In this document: positions 34,233 to 43,590 of the stretch, one piece after another
Numbering within the stretch: position 1 is the stretch's first letter
How the letters are laid out: each line of letters opens with the position of its first letter
Source of the DNA: an uncultured Bacteroidota bacterium
Lineage (GTDB): Bacteria; Bacteroidota; Bacteroidia; Flavobacteriales; Flavobacteriaceae
Length of the DNA: 64,000 nt
Direction: 5' to 3'
NCBI GenBank assembly: GCA_902528705.1
Contig: CABZTM010000002.1
Coordinates: forward strand, 1,892 to 65,891
Position numbers and translations under genes: made by a program
The notes under the pieces: model-generated
The model's database searches: none
What the model was told of the DNA's origin: nothing
What the model saw: the letters and a program-made list of their open reading frames with translations, nothing else

Positions 34233-36674
34233 ATGCCAAAAAATTTAGTCATAGTTGAGTCACCTGCAAAAGCAAAAACTATAGAAAAGTTCTTAGGTAA
34301 TGATTTCAAAGTTGTATCAAGTAATGGTCATATTGCAGACTTACCCTCTAAAGAATTAGGTATCAATGTTGACAATAATTATGAACCAAAATATATTGTT
34401 AATTCTGATAAAAAAGATATTGTAAAAAAACTCAAAAAGGAATCAAAAACCGCGGAGACGATTTGGCTGGCTAGTGATGAGGACAGAGAAGGTGAGGCTA
34501 TTGCCTGGCATTTATATGAGCTTTTGGGTTTAAATAAAGACAATACTAAAAGAATAGTATTTCGTGAGATAACGAAAAATGCTGTATTAAAGTCAATAGA
34601 AAATCCAAGAGAAATAAATGAAAGCCTCGTAAACGCTCAACAAGCAAGAAGAGTCTTAGATAGGTTGGTTGGATATAAAATTTCACCTGTTCTATGGAGA
34701 AAGGTAAAGGGAGGATTATCAGCAGGAAGAGTTCAATCAGTCGCGTTGAGATTAATTGCTGACAAGGAGAAGGAAATTGAAAGTTTTCAGCCAGTGAAAT
34801 CTTTCAAAGTCTCAGCTGAGTTTTTGACAGTTAATGGGGAAGTATTTAAAGCAAGACACAAATCTAAGATTGATGAAAATATTGATTTAGATAGACTCAT
34901 AGATTCCCTAAAAAATTCAAAATTTAATGTATCCGATATCAAAAAAACTCCTTTATCGAGAAAACCTTTGCCACCTTTCACCACATCAACACTTCAGCAA
35001 GAGGCATCAAGAAGGCTAGGTTTTCCTGTATCCAAAACTATGCGTACAGCTCAAAGACTTTATGAACAAGGACATATAACATACATGAGAACAGACAGTG
35101 TTACTCTGTCAGATGTAGCAAAAAATGCTGTAAAAAATAAAATTTTAAATGATTTTGGTGAAAAATATTTTACGGAAAGGTCTTACACTAATAAATCCAA
35201 AAATGCTCAACAAGCACATGAAGCAGTTAGGCCAACGGATTTTGAAAACAAGGATATTTCTGTTGATTTAGATCAGATCAAGCTCTATGATTTGATTTGG
35301 AAACGAACAATTGCAAGTCAAATGTCTCTGGCAAAAATTGATAAAACAGTTGTTTCTGTTCAAAGTAGAACAATTGATTTAACATTTACAGCAGAAGGCG
35401 AAGTGATTAACTTTGATGGTTTTTTAAAAGTTTACAGTTCATTAAAAGATAACGACTCAGAAAAAGATATTACTATAGATCTTCCTAAACTAAATGTAGG
35501 TGACGATTTAAACAAAAAAGTAATTTTAATTACAGAAAATTTTTCAAAACCACCATTTAGATACACTGAGGCATCTCTTGTAAGAAAAATGGAGGAATTA
35601 GGCATTGGTAGACCATCTACATACGCCCCAACAATAACAACTGTAATGAATAGAAAATATGTTTTTAAGGGTACAGATGACTCAAAAAAGAGAGAGATAT
35701 TACAAATTATCGTCAATGATAAAATTAAAAGGCAAAAGGTGGAAGAATCGTATGGTTCAAACAAAGGTAAACTTGTGCCCTCCGAAGTTGGAAAGTTAGT
35801 TAATGATTTTTTATGTAATAATTTTCAAAACATAATTGATTATAATTTTACAGCTGATGTTGAAAATAATTTTGATTTAATTGCATCAGGAAAAAAACAA
35901 TGGAAAGAAATTATTAATGAGTTTTATAACCCATTTAACGATAAAGTGTCTGAAGTTGAAAAGAATGCCAAAAGAGAAACCGGTGAAAGAATTTTAGGCC
36001 CAGATCCAAAGAGTGGAAGACAAGTGAGTGTAAAACTAGGTAAGTTTGGTCCGATGGTACAAATCGGTAAGGTTGACGATGAAGAAAAACCACTGTTTGC
36101 TAGTCTTCTTCCAGATCAAAAAATAAGTAATGTAACCATTGAAGATGCTTTAAGATTATTTGAACTGCCTTTTAAAGTTGGTGAATATGAGGGTAAAGAA
36201 GTCATTTCTAACATAGGAAGATATGGTCCATACATCAAATATGAAAAGACCTTTATCTCAATTCCGCAAGGATTAACTCCATTTACAATTTCAATTGAAA
36301 AATCTGTTGAGCTAATTTTAAATAAGCAAAAAGAAAATAAACCTTTAATCAACTACGAGGGTTTTGACGTCACAAAGGGTAAAGGAAGGTTTGGCCCATA
36401 TATCAAATGGAATGGAACTTTTATTAATGTTAATAAAAACTATGATTTTGAAAATCTCTCGGATGAAGATTGCATTAAGCTAATTACAGATAAAAAAGCC
36501 AAGGATGCAGAAAAAATATTAAAAGTCTGGGACTCAGAAAAAATCTCAATAGAAAAGGGTAGATGGGGCAAAATTTTTATCATTAAAGGAAAATCAAGAA
36601 TTCCGCTTTCCAAAGATATCGATATCAATTCTATAGATTTGAAGACCGCAAAAGGTTATTTTAGAAAAAAATAA
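34233..36674 (+). CDS. topA: DNA topoisomerase I
   Basis: The Toprim start LVIVESPAKAKTIEKFLG, SDEDREGEAIAWH and the active-site region GHITYMRTDS are present. The C-terminal repeats lack Cys4 zinc ribbons (GRYGPYIKY, GRFGPYIKW). Confidence 0.97.
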   Translation: MPKNLVIVESPAKAKTIEKFLGNDFKVVSSNGHIADLPSKELGINVDNNYEPKYIVNSDKKDIVKKLKKESKTAETIWLASDEDREGEAIAWHLYELLGLNKDNTKRIVFREITKNAVLKSIENPREINESLVNAQQARRVLDRLVGYKISPVLWRKVKGGLSAGRVQSVALRLIADKEKEIESFQPVKSFKVSAEFLTVNGEVFKARHKSKIDENIDLDRLIDSLKNSKFNVSDIKKTPLSRKPLPPFTTSTLQQEASRRLGFPVSKTMRTAQRLYEQGHITYMRTDSVTLSDVAKNAVKNKILNDFGEKYFTERSYTNKSKNAQQAHEAVRPTDFENKDISVDLDQIKLYDLIWKRTIASQMSLAKIDKTVVSVQSRTIDLTFTAEGEVINFDGFLKVYSSLKDNDSEKDITIDLPKLNVGDDLNKKVILITENFSKPPFRYTEASLVRKMEELGIGRPSTYAPTITTVMNRKYVFKGTDDSKKREILQIIVNDKIKRQKVEESYGSNKGKLVPSEVGKLVNDFLCNNFQNIIDYNFTADVENNFDLIASGKKQWKEIINEFYNPFNDKVSEVEKNAKRETGERILGPDPKSGRQVSVKLGKFGPMVQIGKVDDEEKPLFASLLPDQKISNVTIEDALRLFELPFKVGEYEGKEVISNIGRYGPYIKYEKTFISIPQGLTPFTISIEKSVELILNKQKENKPLINYEGFDVTKGKGRFGPYIKWNGTFINVNKNYDFENLSDEDCIKLITDKKAKDAEKILKVWDSEKISIEKGRWGKIFIIKGKSRIPLSKDIDINSIDLKTAKGYFRKK

Positions 36675-36682
36675 TTCAGATA

Positions 36683-37798
36683 GTGTTAAAAGATTATTTC
36701 AGTTCACTAATTGATTTTAAAGAATTCCACGATAAACTAAATAAGAAATCAATTGGTAGAAATATTATAATTAATGGTATTGATGAGTTCGAAATAGATC
36801 AATCATTTAGTATTGTAATGTTTTCTGTTGAGGATATAAAATTAGCCTCAAAAAATAGTTTAAATTATTCAAAAAAAATTAGAAAAAAACTATATCGTTT
36901 ATCATGGGGAGGTTGGAATATAAAGATTTTAGACTTGGGATTTTTTAAAATTGGAAATCAAAAATCGGATACTCAGTTTGCTTTAAGAGAAATTGTAGAA
37001 ATATTAGCCTCTATGCAAATAAAAGTCGTGGTTTTAAATTTGAACAATAATTTGATTTTTGATTTTTATTACGCATTAAAACAAAATAATAATATTGTTA
37101 ATATTGTTTCAGTCGACAATAAAATTCCAACTAATTCTAGAGATTCATCATTAAGAAAAATTTTAGATGATGAAAATTGTAAACTTGGAGAATACTCAAA
37201 CGTAGGTTTTCAAAAACATATCAATAATGTAGATGAAATTAAACTTTTTGAAAATATGATGTTTGAAACGCATAGTCTGGGTAAAGTAAAAAACAAAATA
37301 ATTAATACAGAACCAATTTTTAGAAATTCCGATTTAGTTAATATCAGTATACGTGCAGTTAAATCAGGCGATATTAACAATTCACATGAATTTACAAATG
37401 GATTATCATCTTATGAATTTTGCAGTCTTTGCAGATTTGCAGGTTTATCAACCAACTTAAATTTAATTTCTTTTAAATCAGATTATCAATCATCTGCTAT
37501 ATCATCATTAGTTTCTGAGGGAATATGGTATGCTATTGATGGTATGGACAGTGTAGTGGAAGAAAATATAGATGTTAATTCAGACAATTATATTTTTTAT
37601 AATGTTTCAGTAGATAATTTTGATCTAAAATTTGTAAAGAGTTTGCTTAGCAACAGGTGGTGGGTATGTCTTGAAAATATAAATCTAGTTCAGATGGAAA
37701 AGACCTATATTCCATGTGTTGAAGATGATTATTTATTATCTAAAAATTCTGTTTTGTCTGACAGGATATTGACAAGAATAAAAAATAAAATAACCTAA
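36683..37798 (+). CDS. conserved hypothetical protein; degenerate arginase/formiminoglutamase-fold suspected
   Basis: GTG start; 371 aa. The spacing of segments resembles the ureohydrolase fold. However, positions expected to carry GGDH/GGGH, DAHxD and SxDxD read NLNNN, SVDNK and SIRAV, so the Mn ligands appear lost. This is alignment by eye only. Confidence 0.35.
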   Translation: MLKDYFSSLIDFKEFHDKLNKKSIGRNIIINGIDEFEIDQSFSIVMFSVEDIKLASKNSLNYSKKIRKKLYRLSWGGWNIKILDLGFFKIGNQKSDTQFALREIVEILASMQIKVVVLNLNNNLIFDFYYALKQNNNIVNIVSVDNKIPTNSRDSSLRKILDDENCKLGEYSNVGFQKHINNVDEIKLFENMMFETHSLGKVKNKIINTEPIFRNSDLVNISIRAVKSGDINNSHEFTNGLSSYEFCSLCRFAGLSTNLNLISFKSDYQSSAISSLVSEGIWYAIDGMDSVVEENIDVNSDNYIFYNVSVDNFDLKFVKSLLSNRWWVCLENINLVQMEKTYIPCVEDDYLLSKNSVLSDRILTRIKNKIT

Positions 37799-37856
37799 AA
37801 TTAAATCAAAAGTATTATTTTAGGGTCCAATTTTTGATATTGTATATGTATATAGT

Positions 37857-39347
37857 ATGAAAAAAAACTTATTATTAGTTACATTTTTATTTTTACTATT
37901 TTCCTGTTCAAAGGACGATAGAGGAGATCTCGTTGGAGTTAAAGCCTCAAAATTTTTTCCCAACAAACCACAAGGAATGGTTCTAATTCCGTCTGGTTCA
38001 TACGTTATGGGACCCTCCAATCCAAATGCATATATGGATCAAAATCCTACGCTAAAAACTGTTTCTCTCAAAGCGTTTTACATGGACGAAACGGAGATCT
38101 CTAACAGTGAGTATAGACAATTTGTTAATTGGGTCAGAGATTCGATTGTTAGAGATGAACTTGCTCGAGCAGCATATGAAAAAATTGGAGATGAGATTAA
38201 TGAAGAAGATCTCCTTTGGGATTATATGCCCATTGCAAAGATATCTGAATCTGATGATGAGGAAAAATCTGCTTATCAAGAATATTTAGAGCAAAATGGT
38301 TTAGGGTTTCTAGATATTGATAATAAATTTACCTATAAACTTAATTGGGACACTGAACTATATTGGAATGTTGAAGATTATGTGGACTCTAATTACGCAG
38401 CTGTATTAGAGGGTGGCTCTGGAGCAGATTCATCAGGGCTTTATGAAAATCTTCCCAATCCCATTAATGAAAAAGGTGAGGCAAAAGAATATATTAAAAC
38501 TAACGATTCACTCATAGGTTTTGAAGGATTTATGATTCCAGCTGATAAAACACCAAATGGCTTAAGGGCGTTCAAAACAAAAAGAATTGTATATAGTTAC
38601 AGGGAATTTAATATTGATCAGAATAAATGGTCTGAATTCAAGCAGATTGAAGTTTATCCAGATACTACTGTTTGGTACAAGGATTTTGCATTTAGTTACA
38701 ATGAACCAATGCACAATGATTATTTCTGGCACGATGCTTACAATGACTACCCCGTTGTAGGTGTCTCATGGGAGCAAGCCAAGGCTTTTGCTCATTGGAG
38801 GACCTTTTATAAAAACCAAAATCAAAGAAAAGCAAGAAAAAACATTCAATTAGTTAGTGAATTTAGGTTACCTACTGAAGCTGAGTGGGAGTATGCAGCA
38901 AGAGGAGGTATTGAAAGAGCTGAGTTTCCATGGGGAGGGCCATATACATATGATGAAAAAGGTTGTTTCCTCGCTAATTTTAAACCAGAAAGAGGAGATT
39001 ATGCCGCTGACCAGATTTTATATACTGCTGAGGTGGAGTCTTATTGGCCAAATGATTTTGGACTATATAATATGTCAGGAAATGTTTCAGAGTGGACTGA
39101 CTCTAATTATGAAAAGGATGCAGTTGATTTAGTAGCTGGATTAAATCCAAATGTTGAAGGATCTAAAACAAATAATCAAAAGGTTGTTCGAGGTGGATCT
39201 TGGAAAGACGTGGCACATTTTTTAAAGGTGTCTACAAGAGATTATGAATATCAAAATACAAAAAGATCCTACATAGGCTTTAGAACAGTTCAAAGTTATC
39301 TTGGAGAGGATGTAGGCTTTCAAGAAAACCCAAATAAAATATTTTAA
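37857..39347 (+). CDS. gldK: T9SS / gliding motility lipoprotein GldK (PorK)
   Basis: Lipobox LLFSC-SKDD, then the FGE-sulfatase/SUMF1-type fold: GMVLIPSGSYVMG, FYMDETEISNSEYRQFV, PVVGVSWEQAKAFAHW, RLPTEAEWEYAARGG, GNVSEWT, VVRGGSW, IGFR. Confidence 0.93.
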   Translation: MKKNLLLVTFLFLLFSCSKDDRGDLVGVKASKFFPNKPQGMVLIPSGSYVMGPSNPNAYMDQNPTLKTVSLKAFYMDETEISNSEYRQFVNWVRDSIVRDELARAAYEKIGDEINEEDLLWDYMPIAKISESDDEEKSAYQEYLEQNGLGFLDIDNKFTYKLNWDTELYWNVEDYVDSNYAAVLEGGSGADSSGLYENLPNPINEKGEAKEYIKTNDSLIGFEGFMIPADKTPNGLRAFKTKRIVYSYREFNIDQNKWSEFKQIEVYPDTTVWYKDFAFSYNEPMHNDYFWHDAYNDYPVVGVSWEQAKAFAHWRTFYKNQNQRKARKNIQLVSEFRLPTEAEWEYAARGGIERAEFPWGGPYTYDEKGCFLANFKPERGDYAADQILYTAEVESYWPNDFGLYNMSGNVSEWTDSNYEKDAVDLVAGLNPNVEGSKTNNQKVVRGGSWKDVAHFLKVSTRDYEYQNTKRSYIGFRTVQSYLGEDVGFQENPNKIF

Positions 39348-39376
39348 TTAAAACTACAAACTAAAAATTAACAATT

Positions 39377-39958
39377 ATGAAAAAACAATTTATACCCGAC
39401 AATTACATGGAATTATTCTTCGGAGTTGGAGCTGCAGTTGTAATTATTGGTGCACTCTTAAAAATTATTAATGCATCTCTTATATTTTCAGCTAACACTT
39501 GGCTTATTGCCGGACTATCAACTGAAGCAATCATTTTTACTCTATCAGGTATTCAAGGTTATTTTCTTTCGTCACCAGGGGAGGAGGAAGATGCTGTTAG
39601 TACTATTGCCGTTGAAACTGCTGCATTACAAAAAGCAGTTGATGGAACTGTTAAAGGTCTAAATAGTTTGAATTCAAACCTATCCACCGCATCCAAAGCT
39701 GCACAATCAATTTCTGTACCCTCTGATTTATCATCAAATGCTCAATCAGTAAGCGATGGGCTCTCATCTGCAATTGCAAGTATTGAGGAGATTAATAAAT
39801 TGTATCAAAACTTAGGAAAATCATTATCTCAAGTAAACTCTGCTACCGATGCTTTGGATATTCCGGAAGGAGTTGGTGAAGAGTTAGAGAAAATGAAGAA
39901 TACAATCAAAGAGTTAAATGCTAAGTATGAAGCAATGCTTGGCGCAATGAACAAGTAG
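39377..39958 (+). CDS. gldL: T9SS / gliding motor protein GldL (PorL)
   Basis: Two N-terminal TM helices (FGVGAAVVIIGALLKI; LIAGLSTEAIIFTLS, carrying the conserved membrane-embedded Glu) are followed by a coiled-coil cytoplasmic tail. It lies directly upstream of gldM. Confidence 0.9.
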   Translation: MKKQFIPDNYMELFFGVGAAVVIIGALLKIINASLIFSANTWLIAGLSTEAIIFTLSGIQGYFLSSPGEEEDAVSTIAVETAALQKAVDGTVKGLNSLNSNLSTASKAAQSISVPSDLSSNAQSVSDGLSSAIASIEEINKLYQNLGKSLSQVNSATDALDIPEGVGEELEKMKNTIKELNAKYEAMLGAMNK

Positions 39959-39960
39959 GA

Positions 39961-41655
39961 ATGGCGGGATCTTCAGGAAAACAAACGAGAAGTCAACAGT
40001 CTCGTCAGAAAATGATAAACATGATGTACCTCGTGTTTATTGCTATGCTTGCATTACAGATTAGCAAAGAGGTATTGGCTACCTTAGGAATTTTAAGCGA
40101 GGATATGGAAAAATCTACTGCTGAGCTTAAAATCTCCATTGATAATGCTTACACCATTATTGATCAAAATAGTAATCAGGATTATTACAAAATTCCATCT
40201 GAGGAGTTGCCAAAATTAAAAGAAGCAACTGATGAATATTTTTTATTTCTACAAAACTTGAAGGATTCTTTAATAGGAATGGATGAAAATAATTATATGA
40301 TTGATGTTGAGTACACGGATGAGAATGGTGAAGAAAAAGTTAGTCAAAGAAGAGATTATCAAGTGATGGACAAAAGTAATTATCTTGATGAAATGTTTTT
40401 TATTAGTGATGGAGTCACTGATAAAGGACAAAAGTTCATCGATTATTTTAAAGGATTTTCAGGAAAAGTTGAAGCTGTTCTAGACTCAATTGTACAAAGA
40501 GATGCGAGAACTGTTCAGTCTAATTATGGTTTTTCTGCAGCATTTTCCAATTTATCTTTAAGGTTTGAATATCCAGAAAATGACCAAGTTGTGAACAGAG
40601 ACGGAATCAAGGAAGACTGGATATATTATAATTATGAAAAGTTTCCATTAGTTGCTTCACTTGCCAAAATAACTAAGATTCAAGCAGATATTAGGTCTGT
40701 TGAATATGAAATTTTAAATTCTTTGGTTAGTAAGACCAAAGACCGTCAGCTTAGTTTTGACTCGAAAAGTACATTATTAGAGACTGATCGACAAGCTTAT
40801 TACACAAACAGTGTTGTTGACGCTAAGGTTGTTGTTGGAAACACTGATTCTAGTTTCAAACCTGACAGAGTTGATTTAAAAGTTGATAATGTTTCATTAA
40901 GAGATTCCGAATTTGAGGTTGTTGATGGTAAGATCAAGCTTAACAAAAGATTCTCATCACCTGGAATTAAAAAAATATTCGGATATCTATTTTTTGATAA
41001 TAATGGAAATACTGACAGTCTTCTTGTTGACACTCAATTTTATGTTATTCCAAAACCAAATGAGGCTGTTGTATCCCCAATTAATATGCAAGTGTTTTAC
41101 ATTGGTTTAAGAAATGAAATTAAAGTTGCATTTCCAGGTGTTGCAGACTTGACTTCTATAAATGTTTCAGCGAAAAATGGTCAAGTAATAAGACAAAACG
41201 GAAAATATTACGCTGCTCCTGATGCAGGTGTTACCAGTATGGATGTAATAGTTTCAGGAAAAACTAATGATGAAATAGTTACAAGCGTAGTGCCTTTTGA
41301 TGTTGCGGAGGCTCCACCTGGAAGAGGTTCGGTATTTACAGGCGTAGAAAGTTTTGTAAATACAGATGGTGTATCCAAGAACAATTTAAAATTTGGTCAG
41401 ATCAGAGGAGAAAAACCACCATCTTTTTTATATGATTATGCAATTAATGTAAAAAGATTTCAAATAAAAGTTGGAAACTTTAACACAAGAGATATCGTTG
41501 GAGATAGGGTTAATGCTAATGCATCGGCTTTGGCAGATATTGATGCAGCAAGCTCTGGCACAAGTGTTGTAATTACTATATTAGATGCCGAAAAAATCGA
41601 TGGTGATTTTAAATCGCCAACTGTAGTTGAACCATTTGTTTTAACTTTAAAATAA
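39961..41655 (+). CDS. gldM: T9SS / gliding motor protein GldM (PorM)
   Basis: The N-terminus SRQKMINMMYLVFIAMLALQISKEVL is the hallmark GldM/PorM TM helix. A long periplasmic region follows. Confidence 0.93.
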   Translation: MAGSSGKQTRSQQSRQKMINMMYLVFIAMLALQISKEVLATLGILSEDMEKSTAELKISIDNAYTIIDQNSNQDYYKIPSEELPKLKEATDEYFLFLQNLKDSLIGMDENNYMIDVEYTDENGEEKVSQRRDYQVMDKSNYLDEMFFISDGVTDKGQKFIDYFKGFSGKVEAVLDSIVQRDARTVQSNYGFSAAFSNLSLRFEYPENDQVVNRDGIKEDWIYYNYEKFPLVASLAKITKIQADIRSVEYEILNSLVSKTKDRQLSFDSKSTLLETDRQAYYTNSVVDAKVVVGNTDSSFKPDRVDLKVDNVSLRDSEFEVVDGKIKLNKRFSSPGIKKIFGYLFFDNNGNTDSLLVDTQFYVIPKPNEAVVSPINMQVFYIGLRNEIKVAFPGVADLTSINVSAKNGQVIRQNGKYYAAPDAGVTSMDVIVSGKTNDEIVTSVVPFDVAEAPPGRGSVFTGVESFVNTDGVSKNNLKFGQIRGEKPPSFLYDYAINVKRFQIKVGNFNTRDIVGDRVNANASALADIDAASSGTSVVITILDAEKIDGDFKSPTVVEPFVLTLK

Positions 41656-41656
41656 A

Positions 41657-42565
41657 ATGAAAAAAATATTCTTACTTACTTTATTGGTATTCTCTGCTAA
41701 TGATATGTTTGGTCAAGCTAACTTATTGAATGCAAAAAATCCTCTAGAAGTTGGTGATTCTTCATCAAGTAAAGCAATCGTTGAGTTTATGGATTATGAA
41801 TATGTAGATGATAAAGATATTTTATGGTCCAAAGTGGTTTATGAATTTATTGATCTTAACGAAAGGTTAAATTTTCCACTTCTTTTCCCTGTTAATGATA
41901 CAAAATATGATGATACAAGAAAATCATTATGGAGAATAATTAGAGAAAACATTGAAAATGGAAAAATTAGTGAGGTTTATGACTCCAACAACGATAACTT
42001 CACAGAGGCTTCAAGAATAATAGGAAAAGATAGTACTGATTTAGAAGCCAATATTTATAAAAACTATAATATTAGTGACATTTACAAGTCCAAATATGTT
42101 CCAGAATCTTTTGTACCAAGAGAAATTGCTTCCTCTGCAGATATTTTTGGATATGTCATAAAGGGTGTATGGTATTTTGATAAAATTCATGCTGAACTAA
42201 GATATAGGTTATTGGCAATACAGCCATACGGAACTGATCTTAAGACATCTGTTGACGGTGAAGAAACCGAGACAGGATATTTTTGGATATGGTACCCATC
42301 CATAAGAGAGATTTTAGATGATCATTTAGTTTTTAATGATAAAAACAACAATAACAGAGTCTCATTTGATGAACTCCTAATTAATAGAAGATTTAGCTCC
42401 TACATATACAAGTATGATAATGTATATGGAGATAGAGAAATTAGAGATTATATCAGACAGAGAGATAATGAATCATATGCTCAATGGCAAACTAGAATCG
42501 TGATGGAATCTGAAAGAATCAAGAAAGAAATTCTAGACTTTGAAATTGACATGTGGGGTTACTAA
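41657..42565 (+). CDS. gldN: T9SS / gliding protein GldN (PorN)
   Basis: Signal peptide, ~300 aa, with WSKVVYEFIDLNERLNFPLLFP and GVWYFDK motifs as I recall for GldN. It starts 1 nt after gldM. Confidence 0.88.
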   Translation: MKKIFLLTLLVFSANDMFGQANLLNAKNPLEVGDSSSSKAIVEFMDYEYVDDKDILWSKVVYEFIDLNERLNFPLLFPVNDTKYDDTRKSLWRIIRENIENGKISEVYDSNNDNFTEASRIIGKDSTDLEANIYKNYNISDIYKSKYVPESFVPREIASSADIFGYVIKGVWYFDKIHAELRYRLLAIQPYGTDLKTSVDGEETETGYFWIWYPSIREILDDHLVFNDKNNNNRVSFDELLINRRFSSYIYKYDNVYGDREIRDYIRQRDNESYAQWQTRIVMESERIKKEILDFEIDMWGY

Positions 42566-42577
42566 GAATGATAACTC

Positions 42578-43585
42578 ATGAAACCCAATATTGTCAAAGT
42601 TTTTTCTCTGTTGTTCCTAGTCGCATGTCTATGCTTTAAGTCTTATTCACAAGATCCAGTCTTTACACAGTTTTACAATATTCCTGATTATTTAAATCCA
42701 TCTTTTACAGGCTTTTCTAAAGGAACTAAGGTTGGTATTATAAACAGAACCCAGTGGTTTGGTCTGAATTATGGTTTAAACTCACAATTTTTCTTTATTG
42801 ATAATTATTTTGGAGATGACGCTGAAACTGGACTAGGTTTGGGACTAAACATAATGAATCATCATGAAAGTGTGACAAGATATAATTTTACTCAGGTCAA
42901 TCTAAATTATGCTCATCATTTAAAATTATCAAAGGAATGGTATTTTAACCCAAGTTTGACAGTTGGTTTGGGTGTAAAGGATTACACTTTCGATTATTTA
43001 CTTGAAGATCAAATTCTAATTTTCCAAGGAATTATTAATGCAAACTCAAATGATCCTATTTTATTAAATGATAGTTTATCCTTTTTTGATATGTCAGCTG
43101 GACTATTATTTTACACAGAAAATATTTGGTTTGGTGCTAGCTTAAAACACCTTACAAATCCAAAAATATCATTCACTGGCGATGGAACAATTAAATTGGA
43201 TCACTTTCTCTCAATTCATGGAGGTTATAAGTGGGATTTAAGTAACAGAAGTTTAAGAGAAGATTTGGATTTAAATATTGATTTAAATTATATGAGACAG
43301 GGCAATTATGATCGATTTGATGTAGGAACAAGAGTAAAGTACAACGATTTTAGCTTGGGAGTTTTTGGCGTTGTAGCACCAACGGATGTCACTGGCAGGT
43401 CCCACAAGTTGACATCATTTAATATTGTTGGAAATATTGATTTTGATCGATTCAGATTTGGGTACTCGTATGACTTAAATGTAAGTGAGCTAAGGAATAC
43501 AAAAGGGGTTTTTGAAATTTCAATTTCGTATAAGTTTGATTCATTCTTTGGAAATAATGGGCCCAATCCGTGTGAATGTATGTAA
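42578..43585 (+). CDS. PorP/SprF family type IX secretion system membrane protein
   Basis: A signal peptide is followed by QDPVFTQFYNIPDYLNPSFTGF, the characteristic PorP/SprF N-terminus. The 335-aa protein has beta-barrel-like alternating sequence to the C-terminus. Confidence 0.88.
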   Translation: MKPNIVKVFSLLFLVACLCFKSYSQDPVFTQFYNIPDYLNPSFTGFSKGTKVGIINRTQWFGLNYGLNSQFFFIDNYFGDDAETGLGLGLNIMNHHESVTRYNFTQVNLNYAHHLKLSKEWYFNPSLTVGLGVKDYTFDYLLEDQILIFQGIINANSNDPILLNDSLSFFDMSAGLLFYTENIWFGASLKHLTNPKISFTGDGTIKLDHFLSIHGGYKWDLSNRSLREDLDLNIDLNYMRQGNYDRFDVGTRVKYNDFSLGVFGVVAPTDVTGRSHKLTSFNIVGNIDFDRFRFGYSYDLNVSELRNTKGVFEISISYKFDSFFGNNGPNPCECM

Positions 43586-43590
43586 ATAAA

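Noticed and set aside
37820-38020. 66-aa minus-strand ORF overlapping the gldK start
   Set aside because: It overlaps the gldK signal peptide and N-terminus on the opposite strand. It has no supporting features, and gldK is certain.
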